From the human T2T-CHM13v2.0 reference genome, Homo sapiens: 64,000 nucleotides of DNA. The translations under genes were made by a program, and so were the position numbers. Location: NCBI RefSeq assembly GCF_009914755.1, contig NC_060940.1; one strand, 5' to 3'. Every line of letters begins with the position of its first letter. Positions within the stretch are counted from its first letter, which is position 1. This document shows, piece after piece, positions 13,303-28,217 of the stretch. The notes under the pieces are model-generated. The model searched no databases. It was not told the DNA's origin and saw only the letters and a list, made by a program, of their open reading frames with translations.

Positions 13303-14652
13303 TTCTGGATTTTCTACTTTATTTTTGTAGAGGTGTATATAGTATTATGTGATGGTAGTTTGTATTTCTGTGGGATCAGTGGTGATATCCCCTTTATCAT
13401 TTCTTATTGTGTCTATTTGATTCTTCTGTCTTTTCTTTGTTAGTCTGGCTAGCGGTCTATTTTGTTAATCTTTTCAAAAAAACACCTCCTGGATTCATTG
13501 ATTTTTTGAGGGGTCTTTCGTATCTGTATCGCCTTCAGTTCTGCTCTGATCTTAGTTGTTTCTTGTCTTCTGCTAGCTTTTGAATTTGTTTGCTCTTGCT
13601 TCTCTAGTTCTTTTAAATGTGATGTTAGGGTGTCGATTTTAGATCTTTCCCTCTTTCTCATGTGGGCACTTTGTGCTATAAATTTCCTTCTAAACACTGC
13701 TTTACCTGTGTCCCAGATATTCTGGTACATTTTGTCTTTGTTCTCATTGGTTTCAAAGAACTTACTTATTCCTGCCTTAATTTCGTTATTTACCCAGTAG
13801 TCATTCAGGAGCAGATTGTTCAGTTTGCATGTAATTGTGCAGTTTTTAGTGAGTTTCTTAATTCTGAGTTCTAATTTGATTGCACTGTGGCCTGAGAGAC
13901 TGTTATGATTTCTGTTCTTTTGCATTTGCTGAGGAGTGTTTTATTTCCAGTTATGTGGTCAATTTTAGAATAAGTTCAATGTGGTGCTGAGAAGAATGTA
14001 TATTCTGTTGATTTGGGGTGGAGAGTTCTGTAGACATCTGTTAGGTTCACTTGGTTCAGAGCTGAGTTCAAGTCCTGAATATCCTTGTTAACTTTCTGTC
14101 TTGTTGATCTGTCTAATATTGACAGTGGAGTGTTAAAGTCTCCCACTATTATTGTGTGGGAGTCTAAGTCTCTTGGTAAGTCTCTAAGAACTTGCCTTAT
14201 GAATCTGGGTGCTCCTGTATTGGGTGCATATATATTTAGGATACTTAGCTCTTCTTGTTGCATTGATGCCTTTACCATTATATAATGCTCTTCTTTGTCT
14301 TTTTTTTATCTTTGTTTAAAGTCTGTTTTATCAGAGACTGGGATTGCAACCTCTGCTTTTTTTTTTTTTTTTTTTGCTTTCCATTTGCTTGGTAAATATT
14401 CCTCCATCCCTTTATTTTGAGCCTGCGTGTGTCTTTGCACGTGAGATGGGTCTCCTGAATATAGCACACGGATAGGTCTTGACTCTATCCAATTTGCCAG
14501 TCTGTGTCTTTTGATGGGGGCATTTAGCCCATTTACATTTAAGGTTCATATTGTTATGTGTGAATTTGATCCTGTCATTACGATGCTAGGTGGTTATTTG
14601 GCACATTAGTTGATGCGGTTTCTTCATAGTGTCAATGGTCTTTACATTTTGG
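13303..14652 (-). repeat. Inverted duplicate of 11725-13073 (ORF1 end, spacer, ORF2 endonuclease)
   Basis: Reverse-complement match along the whole arm. The ORF track gives identical 70-aa translations at 12502..12714(-) and 13662..13874(+). Confidence 0.97.
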
Positions 14653-16983
14653 ATAAGAAAAAGAGGGACTCCTCCCTAACTCATTTTATGAGCCAGCATC
14701 AGGCTGATATGAAAACCTGGCAGAGACACAACTAAAAAAGAAAGTTTCAGGCCAATATCTCTGATGAACATCAATGCGAAAATCCTCAATAAAGTACTGG
14801 CAAACCAAATCCAGCAGCACATCAAAAAGCTTATTTACCACGATCAAGTTGGCTTCATCCCTGGGATGCAAGGCTTGTTCAACATATGCAAATTAACAAA
14901 TGTACTCCATCACATAAACAGATCCAATGACAAAAACCACATAATTATCTCAATACATGCAGAAAAAGCCTTCAATAAAATTCAACACCCTTCATGCTAA
15001 AAATGCTCAATAAACTAAGTATTGATGGAAAGTATCTCAAAATAATAAGAGCTATTTATGACAAACCCACAGCCAATATCATACTGAATAGGCAAAAAGA
15101 ACAAAGAAGCATTCCCTTTGAAAACTGGCACAAGACAAGGATGGCCTCTCTCACCACACCTATTCAACATAGTATTGGAAGTTTTGTCCAGGGCAGTCCG
15201 GCAAGAGAAATAAATAAAGAGCATTCAAATAGGAAGAGAGGAAGTCAAATTGTCTCTGTTTGCAGATGACATGATTGTATGTTTAGAAAATCTCATCATC
15301 TGAGCCCAAAAACTCCTTAAGCCGATAGGCAACTTCAGCAAAGTCTCGGGATACAAAATTAATATGCAAAAATCACAAGCATTCCTATACACCAATAACA
15401 GACAAACAGACAGACAAATCATGAGTGAACTTCCATTCACAGTTGCTACTAAGAGAATAAAATACCTAGGAATACAACTTACAAGGGATGTGAAGGACCT
15501 CTTCAAGGAGAACTACAAACCACTGCTCAGGGAAATAACAGAGGGCACAATCAAATGGAAAAACATTTGATGCTCATGGATAGGAAGAATCAGTATCATG
15601 AAAATTGCCATACTGCCCAAAGTAATTTATAGATACAATGCTTTTCCCATCCAGCTACCACTGACTTTTTTCACAGAGTTAGAAAAAATTACTTCAAATT
15701 CCATAAGGAACCAAAAAAGAGCCCATATAGCCAAGACAATCCTAAGCAAAAAGAACAAAGCTGGAGGCATCACGCTACCTGACTTCAAACTATACTACAA
15801 GGCTACAGTAACCAAAACAGCATGGTACTGGTACCAAAACAGATATATAGACACATGGAACAGAACAGAGGCCTCAGAAATAACATCACACATCCACAGC
15901 CATATGATGTTTGACAAACCTGACAAAAACAAGAAATGGGCAAAGGATTCCCTATTTAATAAATGGCGTAGGGAAAACTGGCTAGCCATATGCAGAAAAC
16001 TGAAACTGGACCCCTTCCTTATACCTTATATGAAAATTAACTCAAGATGGATTAAAGACCAAAATGTAAGGCCTAAAACCATAAAAACCCTAGAAGAAAA
16101 CCTAGGCAATACCATTCAGGACATAGGCATGGGCAAAGACTTCATGACTAAAACAACAAAAGCAATTGCAACAAAAGCCAAAATTGACAAATGGTATCTA
16201 ATTAAACTAATGAACTTAGGCACAGCAAAAGAAACTATAATCAGAGTGAGCAGGCAACCTACAGAATGGGAGAAAATTTTTGCAATCTATCCATCTGACA
16301 AATGTCTAATATCGAGAATCTGCAAGGAACTTAAATTTACAAAACGAAACAAAATAAGACCCCATCAAAAAGTGAGTGAAGGATATGAACAGACACTTCT
16401 CAAAAGAAGACATTTATGTAGCCAATGAACATATGAATATAAGCTCATCATCACTGGTCACTAGAGAAATACAAATCAAAGCCACAGTGAGATACCATCT
16501 TATGCCAGTTAGAACAGGGATCATTAAAAAGTCAGGAAACAACACATGCTGGAGAGGATGTGAGAAATAGGAACGCTTTTACACTGTTGGTGAGAGTGTA
16601 AATTAGTTCAACCATTGTGGAAGAGAGTGTGGCGATTCCTCAAGGATCTAGAACCAGAAATACCATTTGACCCAGCAATCCCATTACTGAGTATATACTC
16701 AAAATATTATAAATCATTCTACTATAAAGACACATGCACACGTTTGTTTATTGCAGCACTATTCACAATAGCAAAGATTTGGAACCAACTCAAATGCCCA
16801 TCAGTGATAAACCAGATAAAGAAAATGTGGCACATACACACCATGGAATACTATGCAGACATAAAATGATGAGTTCATGTCCTTTGCAGGGACATGGATG
16901 AAGCTGAAAGACATCATTCTCAGCAAAGTAACACAGGAACAAAAACTAAACACCTCATGTTCTCACTCAAAAGTGGGAGTCGA
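14653..16983 (+). pseudogene. L1 ORF2 3' part (RT and C-terminal), disrupted
   Basis: [12 protein letters not shown]; FADD codons 'tttgcagatgac' at 15259-15270; KLKLDPFL; several stops and frameshifts. Confidence 0.92.
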
Positions 16984-17569
16984 ACAATGAGAACACATGG
17001 ACACAGGGAGGGGAACATCACACACCAGGGCCTGTCAGGAGGTGGGGGGCAAGGGGAGGGATAGCATTAGGAGAAATGCCTAATGTAGATGATGGGTTGA
17101 TGGGTGCAGCAAACCACAATGGCACATGTATACCTATGTAACAAACCTGCATGTTCTGCACATGTATCCCAGAACTTAAAGTATTAAAAAAAAATATTTA
17201 GATAGATTATGTTCTCTTTAGACAACACTCTCCCAGTCTGAAGCATCCAGCACTGGTCTTTGCTCTCTCCTCACCCTTGTGCCCTCTAAAATCAGCCTTC
17301 TCTAATGCCATTATATCTCTCTTGAGATGATACAGAAAGGTCCTACATAGAAACAATGGCATATTCTAGACCTTCACACAATACAAATGATCATCTTGTC
17401 TGTTGCTAATGTATAAGTTCTTCCAAACCAGTGCCAGTTTTATACAGGTTTCACTGATCCTTTAGAAATTGCCAGTAAAGGTCCTGCTGCTTCCTGGGGC
17501 TGAAGGTTCTCAATACCACCACCTGGATGCAAGCCACAGCCTGGGATGGCCTGCAGGAGCCTCCCCAGG

Positions 17570-19050
17570 TCTCCCCATGTACACTCTAGTGTACCCTTCC
17601 CCAGTCTCTTCTCCGCACAGTGGCCAGAGTGACCCCTTAGGAACGTAAATCAGATGATGTACTTCCCTGCTGAAAGCCTTCCAATGGCTACCATCTCACT
17701 ATGAATAAAACTTTTTACCATGAATAAAGCCTTATATAATCTACCTCTAATCCCCTGTATGCCATGCTTCTTGCTCATTTTAATGCAGGATTTTTCTCGA
17801 CTCCTTCACTGGACTCATAGCAGGGGCATTCCATCTACTCAGTTCACCACACTCAGTCCCTTGCAGAAGGGAGCACGTGAATGAGTGAGTGCGGGATCTG
17901 GCTGGCTGCTCCAGGTGCTGACATAAGAACAAGCTCCATGCAGGGTCCACTGGCAGACCAGGCATATCGCCTTTAGGGGAATGCACCAGTGCCCAGGTGA
18001 GGTTGCCCAGGACCCTGAAGTCCCAGTGCTCTTGTTAGAGTGCTCTTTTAGTTCCACTGTTCACAGAATGATGGACAGCAGTGTGTTAGCAGCTCAGTTG
18101 GCACCTTGTCTGGTCACGTGTGGTGGCTGCCTTTTCTGGTTACCTGTACTCAGTGGGTCCTGAGCTCTTGTCCAACATCCAAGAAGAATGAGGTCATGTG
18201 GATGATTGAAGGATGGTGAAGGCAGAGAATGTTATTGAGTGATGGAAACAGCTCTCAGCAGAGAGGGGAGCTGGAAAGGGGACAGGAAAGGCAGGTCATC
18301 TTACCCAAAGTCAGGCCATCTTCCCTTCTACTGACTGAGTCTGGGTTCTTTGTAGGCACGGGATGGGGAGTGCATGCTGATTGGCTTGTGAGTATGCAAA
18401 AAAGGTTAAAGCAAAGACACCATTCAAAGGTGGGCACAACAGCATAGAAAGCCAATTAGGAAAGGGTAGGTATATGTTAAATAGGTAAGGGGTGGGGATC
18501 CATCAGAGGAAAGCATGCCAAACAGGAAGACAAGTTCTCAATTTGGTCCGAGGATTTAACTTGTAGCTTGGCTTTCAGGCTTTAAACTGTCTTCAGCTTG
18601 GAGGTGGGGTTTCACTGGGGACTCACCCCATCTACCTAGGCATTTTGCTTCCTCCTGTCACTACCAATTTCACTGCAGTCCACATGGGCCTCCTTATTAT
18701 TCCTCAACCATACCAGGCATGCCCCTGCCTCAGGACTTTGCACTGGCTTTTCCATCTTGTTGAAATGCTTTCCCTCCAGATAGACAATAGTTCACGCTTC
18801 TCTTCATCCTGGCCTTTGCTCAGACAGCAACTTCTCAGAGGGTCATGCCCTGACCACTCTGTCAAAAATGGAAACATTAGTTATTCCCTCTCCAGTCCCT
18901 TGTTTTATTTTCTTCATTTTACCTTTGACATCATTTTATATATTTAGTTTGTTATCTATCTCCTTTACCAGTCCTGAGGCCAAAGACTTTGCCCAATGAC
19001 CCACAGGGTTCAGCACAGCATAGTAGATACTCAATAAATATTTGGTGGAT
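17570..19050 (+). mobile_element. L2 LINE 3' fragment split by an LTR
   Basis: 'gccagagtgaccccttag...aaatcagatgatg' before the LTR; ends 'tagtagatactcaataaatatttg'. Confidence 0.7.
17781..18666 (-). mobile_element. ERV1 solo LTR (LTR27/LTR28/MER52-related)
   Basis: Ends 'taatgcaggatttttctc...' and '...cctcctgtcactacca' resemble recalled LTR27/28 termini; 4-bp TSD ATTT at 17777-80 and 18667-70. Confidence 0.8.
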
Positions 19051-19280
19051 GGCTAGATCACACTGCCCTTTCATAATGAAGAAATAGATCAGTGGCTCCT
19101 AAAATTGGGCTGTTTATGTACTGCCTTTATGATTTCTGCTATATCCATACACTCACCTGTGCTACAATTACTTAATTGCTTTCTTTAAATAGGCACGTTT
19201 TTATTTAAAAACAACAGCAATAACGAACTTACACATGGCAATAAATGGAAAAGAAGGTAAACGTTAAAAGTAAATAAAAA

Positions 19281-19590
<310 letters not shown>

Positions 19591-19592
19591 AA

Positions 19593-19917
<325 letters not shown>

Positions 19918-22900
19918 CTAGATTCTGTTGCCTAAGGAAGACTCCTAATCTTCGGCCACTGATCCTTGGTAATGAGGCAGGTTTGCAAGTGTTGGAGGGG
20001 TGTTGAGGACATACCAGCACCCAGATGAGACTTTCTCAGATGTAAGTAGAAGGATTGATGAGGCTAAAAAAGGGAGTCACGTTATCACTACAGCAGTCTC
20101 TATTGTTTAATGCCCCACTGCAAATCATTTTACCTACCCCCAGGGGCATGCATTCTGCACTCAGAAGCAACAACACAGGTAATTCCTACTGACCTCAGGT
20201 TATATCCTGGTGTTTGAACCTCTTTTTATTAAAGTTTTATATTTACTTGCTTCATGTTGTTGCTTTGACTCTTTATTCTAAAAAGCAGGATAAAAAAGAA
20301 AACAGTGCAGCTATCTCACAATTCCAAGAGTTTAACACACTCTGAGTGCATCTTGTGGTTTAAGGAGAAAAAAAAAAGATATGAACCTATGTAACAGAAA
20401 GTCAGAACTCAGCCATACAGACATTCCCCAATACCCAGATACTTGACAGCACAGACAAAACACCCACATTATTGACCATTTCTTCTTTTCATCCTAGTGA
20501 TCTAAGCTCACTTAGCTGAAACCCAATTAAAAGCAAGGTTAGGCTAACAGCAAGTGGGCCGCACTGGCTCAGGGGAACACTCACTCAGAGAGCCAGCAAA
20601 TCTTTGCTTTGCAGACCACAATGATTCCACCATGGTTTAACTTTTCAGCACATGCCCTGGTTTCCATGTAAGATGATAAGGCCTCTATGTTCTTTCACAT
20701 GTGGACTAAAGACATCTGAATACTTAGATGAAGAAATCAGGTCCTAGTGATGGCAAAATATTTACACACTGATTTCAGCTTGTCCATGAAATCAGGGATC
20801 AGGAACATTTCCATCAGAGAGGGGAAAAAAAATCAAAGAGATCAGAGCTATGGTGACATTTCAGCAGTATTTATTTGGGTAGAAAAGGCTTTTCCTGCTT
20901 GCTACCCCCCCTTTTTTTTTCCTTTGGATAATTTTGGGAAATCTCAAGTACCCAGTCCAAAAACAACCAGCATTGTATTAGGAAGTGAGTATGTGTGTGT
21001 GTATGGAGGGGGAGAATCCAACAGTCTGGTAGCCGTCTAAAAAGTGGAATCACATCAATTGTCTCAAGACACTTTTCCCCACACCTACAAATCTTCTCAG
21101 TCTGTGTCACATTATGATATGCTGTGATTATACAAAGGGATTTGGAATTTGACTCATTATTTGCCATTGTTTGCAAAGGCGGGTTTGTTCTATTTCAAAA
21201 TAACATTGTTTTGGAACAAATTCTCTCCTGTTTAAAATTTACAATATACAGTATTTTTTAAAGACTTACAAATGCTAAGAAGAAGATTGACAGAAGCATC
21301 TTTTAGGCTTTAGTAGGAGACATTATAGTCAAGCATTACTATAAGAATTTACTATTTGTTGACATCCACCGAGTGCATACTATGATCCAAGACTGCCCTG
21401 AGTACTTTATATATATGAGCATATTTATTTCCAAAGCCTAATAATAAATGTGTTATTATTCACCCTTTACAAATAGAAAACTGAGTCATGCAGTTAATAA
21501 TTGGTGGAAGCAGGATTCAAAGCTAGACTCTGGTGCCCAAGCCTGTGACTTTCTGGGTTTTGGCCCTGGAAGTCCTAAGTCCTGGGCACCCACACTGGCA
21601 AACCAGGACAGTTAGTCATCCTACCTGTAATACTAACCACTATACTTGACCTCTTCCTGTAAACAACTTCTTAGACTTAGAATATATTCATATACTTGCA
21701 ACCTCAAGTACTAACCTCACTGTCCAATTTGATAGGCATTTTCAACCAACAGCTATGATCAAAGACCAATGCCAGGTGCAGTAGAAATACAGAAACAAAT
21801 AAAAATGTAAACCCCACTCTTAAGGCCACTCATAAGCAACCTAAGGGGAAGGAAATATATGTTATTTCATCAAGAGATCATGCGATATCTTCTCGGAAGC
21901 ATTGTAACTGTAAAAACACCAAATTTCTGTGTTAATGTGTGTATAACACAAATATTGATTTTCAACTGGCAGCACAATTATTTATTATGACAGCGTAACA
22001 TCTTTTGTGAGAATGCTGTGGGCCTAGGGTGCTTGGAGCTGTTCATTCATGCAAAGAATTCTTGTCAAATATTTTAATGAGAAGAAAAGCATGGCAGTCA
22101 AGATGAAAATCCAAGGTGACCTTTAGCTATGCAACGCATTATAGATGACCTTGTAGTTTTTAAAGTTTTTTTGTGTGATGATGATGATGACGATGACGAT
22201 AATTTCTTTACAGAATTACTCTCTAGGTGAAAGAGAGGAAGAGAAACAGATTCCAAGAGAATCTTACAGAAAGCATCTTTGTCTCAAAATTAACCCCTCA
22301 GTCTAGTGGATATTGGGTACCCAACATCCAAAGTCTTTTTTCTTCTTGGAAGAAATCCCCATTGACTCTGTCATGGTTGGAAATAGGGCTGGCCTCATAC
22401 CGTCCTCTCCTCAATTCACAGAAGGCAGAGTGGAGGCTGAGCCTTGGCCAGCCTGATGTTCCCACCCGGGACTTTGCATCCCAAATGAACATCACAAAGA
22501 TGGGGGCACAGAGGGAAACTATTCACAGTAGTGATGTTCGAACTCTGCAACAATGTCCTCCACAGAAGGTGTCATGAAAGATGGTGGAGGTGTCATCCCC
22601 ACTGCTTGGGTTTCTGAATGTTTCTCCAGCTGGGTACTCTGTCCTCTCACCGAGCCAGTGCTGCTATTCAGCGGGTCTGCCTAGTGAGTCCATGCCAGTG
22701 ACTAAAATGTTTAAGCACTTCTGTTCCCATCAGCAAATAGCCACTGTCCCTGATTCTCAACTGTATCCACCACTGCCCTAGCTTGAGCCCCTCCGTTAGA
22801 ACCTGTTCAGCTTTCCCCATCTTCCAGAAACCTAAAACATAACTCCCAGAATAGCAGGGGCCACCAGGAATCTGCTCCAGCTCCCTTCCAGCTGGACATG

Positions 22901-24064
22901 GCCAGGTCCTGTGAGTTAGTAACCATGTTGAGTATCAATTCTATCCACTCTCATAAATGTTAAATAAATCCCCCTTTCTACTTAAGATAAAAGAGTCCAC
23001 TTCTATGTTTGCAACCGAAAGCTCCGATGGATACATCCACTTAGACATATTTAATTTTATGCAGGCTGCGTGAGAAAAAAAGAAAATCTTTTTTTCTTTG
23101 ACAGGTACAGAAAAATGAGTTATAGAAAGGCATCTTTGTGAGGGATGCATTAGGTGAGAGTACTACATGTTGGCATTAAAGTGTTAAGAAATGGAATTAA
23201 CTTGCTAAAACCTAACATGTATTTAATGCTTTATGGTATGCAAAGGTCTTTTACACACTGTATTCTCATTACAAAAAACTTTGTTATACATGCTCTATTT
23301 GAGTTACAGGTGACTATGTAATATACTTTATATTAGCTCAATTTACAGTGAGAAGACAGATTCAGCAATGCTGAGTGACGCCAATCTCACAGCCATGATG
23401 GGATAGAGCAGAGGTTGCCAGCTGGGTCTCCTGATGTCAATTCCTTCCCTGTTTCCTCTCTACTTTGTTGCTTTTATAGGTGAACTGTTTTCTATGGTTG
23501 AAAAATACAGAAGGCCCCTGCCTGCCATGATCAGAAATCCCATCACTTCTCTTCTTTCTTTGAATTAAGGTGTACTCTTCAGAACATGTTTTTCAAGCTA
23601 TGTTTAAACGACATGAGTCTGAAATATTTCATCAAGGATTACTTGTAAAAATTAGCTAGCTCTTGCCTGAGAAAGCAGAACATTAAGGGTATGGGGGCCA
23701 CAGGGCTTTTGCACATCCTATTTCTCTGTGTGAAAACTAAAATTGGTTCATGAACTCTGTTACAGGTCAGTGAAATTCTATTGTTTTAATTGTCTTTCCC
23801 CACCTACCATCATCAGTAACACTGGCTCCAGAACTTGGTGGAAAGAGGTGGATTAAGGATCAGAGGAAAGTATCAGAGAGAGGGTATAGTTTGAAAATTC
23901 TCCCCTGATGATTTGGATAGAGAATCATTTCCTTCCTTTCCAACTGAGAAACTGTTAACTCTTCAGTCTGTAGAATATACTTGCAGAAATTTTTGGCAAT
24001 GTCTAAAAGTTAGTCTCCTTGAGTGAGCCAAATTAACCACAGTTATAGAAATTAATTTCATTTT

Positions 24065-24644
<580 letters not shown>

Positions 24645-24823
24645 TTATAAAACCATAAAACACAAAACTTACATGTATGCTGACATAAAAGTAGTTCTTT
24701 GGAATAATTTCTTAATCCAAAATTCTAGCTCAGCTAATCAAAGCTGAAATTTTTATTGCATTTCTGTTTTTCTGGTGCCATAGCTACAGGTTTTGTTGGT
24801 TTCTTGAGATCTCTGGTACTCAC

Positions 24824-24969
24824 CAGAAGTCAGAACCTTGTGTCCTGAGTTAACCTCAACATCCTTGAACAAAGGATTCACCGTGTCTATGTGCCTCCCA
24901 CAATAAGATAGGACTGTGGCAGTGCTGGCCAAATGGCAAATGGCTTTACAATGTGGGTTGCTATTAAAT
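24824..24969 (-). other. Candidate 146-nt internal exon
   Basis: Acceptor tctacttctcaccaacctttcag|AT, strong donor CTG|gtgagt; open when entered in phase 2. Confidence 0.3.
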
Positions 24970-25845
24970 CTGAAAGGTTGGTGAGAAGTAGATTGCAGGG
25001 GTGTATTCAATGCTCCTGAGAGCCTGAAAAAATTAATGACTCCAAAATATGGTAATGCCTATGGGGCAATAAGTGGGGGAAACTACAAGGGATTTTTATG
25101 ATGTTTTGAAGAGGGGTTAATTGCAGCCTTGACATTTGCGAGTAAGGTTAGAAAAAAAGTCATTTTCAGTATCAAAACAGCAGGTATTCCATGAACCTAC
25201 AGCCAGAAGTTGGTAGGTGAGAGCCACCAAAAGTTAGAGAAAGACATAGCTCCAGGAAACAGGAACCCAACCTAATACAGACTTCTAGGAAGGCAATCTA
25301 GAGGATAGCCAGTCTGGATTGAGCAGGAGAATGAGGTGGTATTGACGTCCAGAGGATAACTCCTAGAAGAATCCAAAATGGATAAGATGTGCTTAAAAAT
25401 GCTGAGAGGAGAGTGACAGTTTTGACAGGGAGCCTTCAGGTGAATTACTGAACAATACACAGAAAACAAGGCTATTAGCGGCTCCAGGGAAAACAAAAAG
25501 TTGTGCAAGAGGAAAATGTAATCATGCTACAATCAATGGCTCAGCTGTGTGTAATATTTATATGATTTAAACACTGAATATTGAACTCAATACCAATTGT
25601 GACATAACACTACTGGGAGGAAGGTGGCAAGAAGTGGGCCCATGTGTTGCAAGGCATGTGTGTGTTAGAGGCAGTAGTGGGGAAAATGCTTTAAGAGCCA
25701 GGGCCTCATATTCTACGTTAGAAGTTCACAGACAATAGCTAGATTTAAAGATCTAGGAAATGCTATACAAACATTTTGTTTAGAAACAAAGCAATAAGTG
25801 CCTAAAGGGATATCAGAAAGAAATGAGTCACTTCTAGAAAGCAGG

Positions 25846-26180
<335 letters not shown>

Positions 26181-27279
26181 AGAGAGAGAGAGAACAAGAA
26201 TGGGTTGGGTTAATAGGAAGCTGAGAGACAAGTGGAAATCTTTTAGAACTAGACATATGTATAACTTTGGGGGGAGATTTTTAAATTCAAAAGTAAAAGA
26301 GGGAGAATCTGGGCCAAGATAACCAGACAAGACAGTGGTGAGCAGTCTTCAACCACAAACAAGGAGGAATGAAGGGAGAGAGAGCAGCTGTGGGATTGAG
26401 GGCCGCCAGAGCTCTGTTTTGACTCTGTCTTTGCCTGGGAATTAATAGGTTGCAATGAACATCTCTACCTGAGAAAGGCCTGGCTGGCATGCAGGTCAGC
26501 ACTCCACAAACACTGACAACAGCTATAATGAAGCTGCCAGTCCCAGGGGCACACAGGGGACACATCTGCCACAGTCCAGCCTTGTGGACCGTCAACTTTC
26601 CCAAATGCAGGTTGCTGGGCCCCAGGAAGCTGTCACTTGCTCTCCTGGCGTCTGCTTGCTGCTTACTGTGACTGCTCATTTTCATGAATTAGACCCCAGT
26701 ATAGGTTTTCTTTTCTTTTTTCTTCTTTTATAATGGAGAAGGTGCTACTCTGAGTTATGCCAAAATCCTAGGAGAGCTCACTTCTTAATCTGGAAATACA
26801 TTCTTAATTCGGGATCTGGGGAGGAAGATCTTGGGAGTTCTATGAACCCCCTGAAAATTGGTGCAAAATTGTCTATGTATGCAGGCATGCATTTATGTTG
26901 CCAGGGCTCAGCACCTGGCTGTGCAAAGGGGTGGGGTTTGTGACTTGAAGCACTCGACTAAAACTACTGTCTACCAGGCCAGGATAAAGTGATGTCACCT
27001 TTTTAGCGCATCCCATGTATAGAGACTATGGGGAAAGGGGAAACATTTGGGGGATCCCATAGACTTCTAGATGAGTCCTAGCATGGAAGTAGGTAGACAT
27101 GTGGAGGCAGGAATGTCAGCTTAATGTAGCAGGAAAGGTGCAAGGTGTCATGGTCAGCCAGGAAAAAGGCAGAGGCACAGAGCTCTTTTTTAGGGGTTAC
27201 GGGGAGCCTGAGATTCATCAAACACAGGAGGCCAGTAGGGGCACAATGCAGGTATTTGTAGTGAAAGCTTCACAGCTAA

Positions 27280-27470
27280 GTAGAGTGATGGTTAAGAGCA
27301 TTGCTATCTGAGCCACCGGACTTGGGTCCCATTTGTACCATATTAGCAGATTGACTCAGGCAAGTGACTTAACATATCTAAGCCTCAGTTTCCTCATCTG
27401 TTAAACGGGAATCATTTTACCTAATTGATAATTCTTCCCTGATGACTGTATAATGATGTTAAAACATTCG
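27280..27470 (+). mobile_element. MIR SINE fragment
   Basis: 'ggcaagtgacttaacatatctaagcctcagtttcctcatctg'. Confidence 0.75.
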
Positions 27471-27655
27471 ATGCTGGGTAAATGATTATTCAATAGATGG
27501 TAACTAGTATTTTTACTTTTAAAAAATGTGTAAATAAACATCACAAAATCTCACTTTTTATTTTACGGAGAATGTAATTTAACATTATATTTACAATTTT
27601 CACTCCAACAGTAATCCTACATACCTCATGATAATTACCTTTAAGTTTCTTTAGC

Positions 27656-27882
27656 CCAGTTGTTTTCAACTCTGGGAGGAGCTGGAATTTTGTCCCCCAG
27701 GGGACATTTGGCAATGTCTGGAGACATTTCTGGTTCTCACAACTGGAAGGGAGCTCCACTGTCACATACCGGGCAGAGGCCAGCGATGCTGCTAAGCCTC
27801 CTGCAATGCACAGGATGGTTCCCCACAAGACAGACTTGTTCCACTCCAAATGCCAATAATTCCGAGGTGCAGAAAGCCTGCT
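27656..27882. mobile_element. MER20-like hAT DNA transposon
   Basis: 'ccccaggggacatttggcaatgtctggagacatttctggttctcacaactgg' with CAG...CTG termini. Confidence 0.75.
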
Positions 27883-28217
27883 AAAGCATGCTGCTAAATG
27901 TGAAACTTGCATAAGAAAAATATATTCTAAGGACCCTATTTAGGATTCCTTTGTTCTTGGAAAAGACAGTGGCCTGATTTTAGGAGCGGCATTTCCTGCT
28001 GCCCAGCCTGCCATTTCTATCACAATGGTAGTCAGTGAGGGTGAATGTAACATTGCCGTGACTGTGAACAGGAGGTAGCCCCATGCCCCTGAGTTCTCCA
28101 ACAAAGGTGCAGAGAGAGTCACTATTGTCTAAGATTTTTCAAGAAACAAGAGAGTTTTATTAGTTATGATTTTGTCATGAATTTGAACTTTTGTTGAGAA
28201 ATATATATATATATTTA

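Larger units (their letters stand above)
9385..17191 (+). mobile_element. Full-length LINE-1, L1PA7-like, internally rearranged
   Basis: 5' end 'caaagatggccgaataggaacagctcc', ~1.33-kb 5'UTR, ORF1, ORF2 remnants, 3' end '...catgtatcccagaacttaaagtatt' plus A tail. TSD aaagatttagatagat (9369-9384) / aaatatttagatagat (17192-17207), 15/16 match. Confidence 0.95.

Noticed and set aside
13303-14652. Twin-priming inversion or a second nested L1 insertion
   Set aside because: The 5' end is complete and in sense, the segment is duplicated rather than just inverted, it has no A tail or TSD, and it shares private lesions with the left arm.
9385-17191. Retrotransposition-competent L1
   Set aside because: ORF1 start codon lost; ORF2 has multiple frameshifts, stops and the rearrangement.
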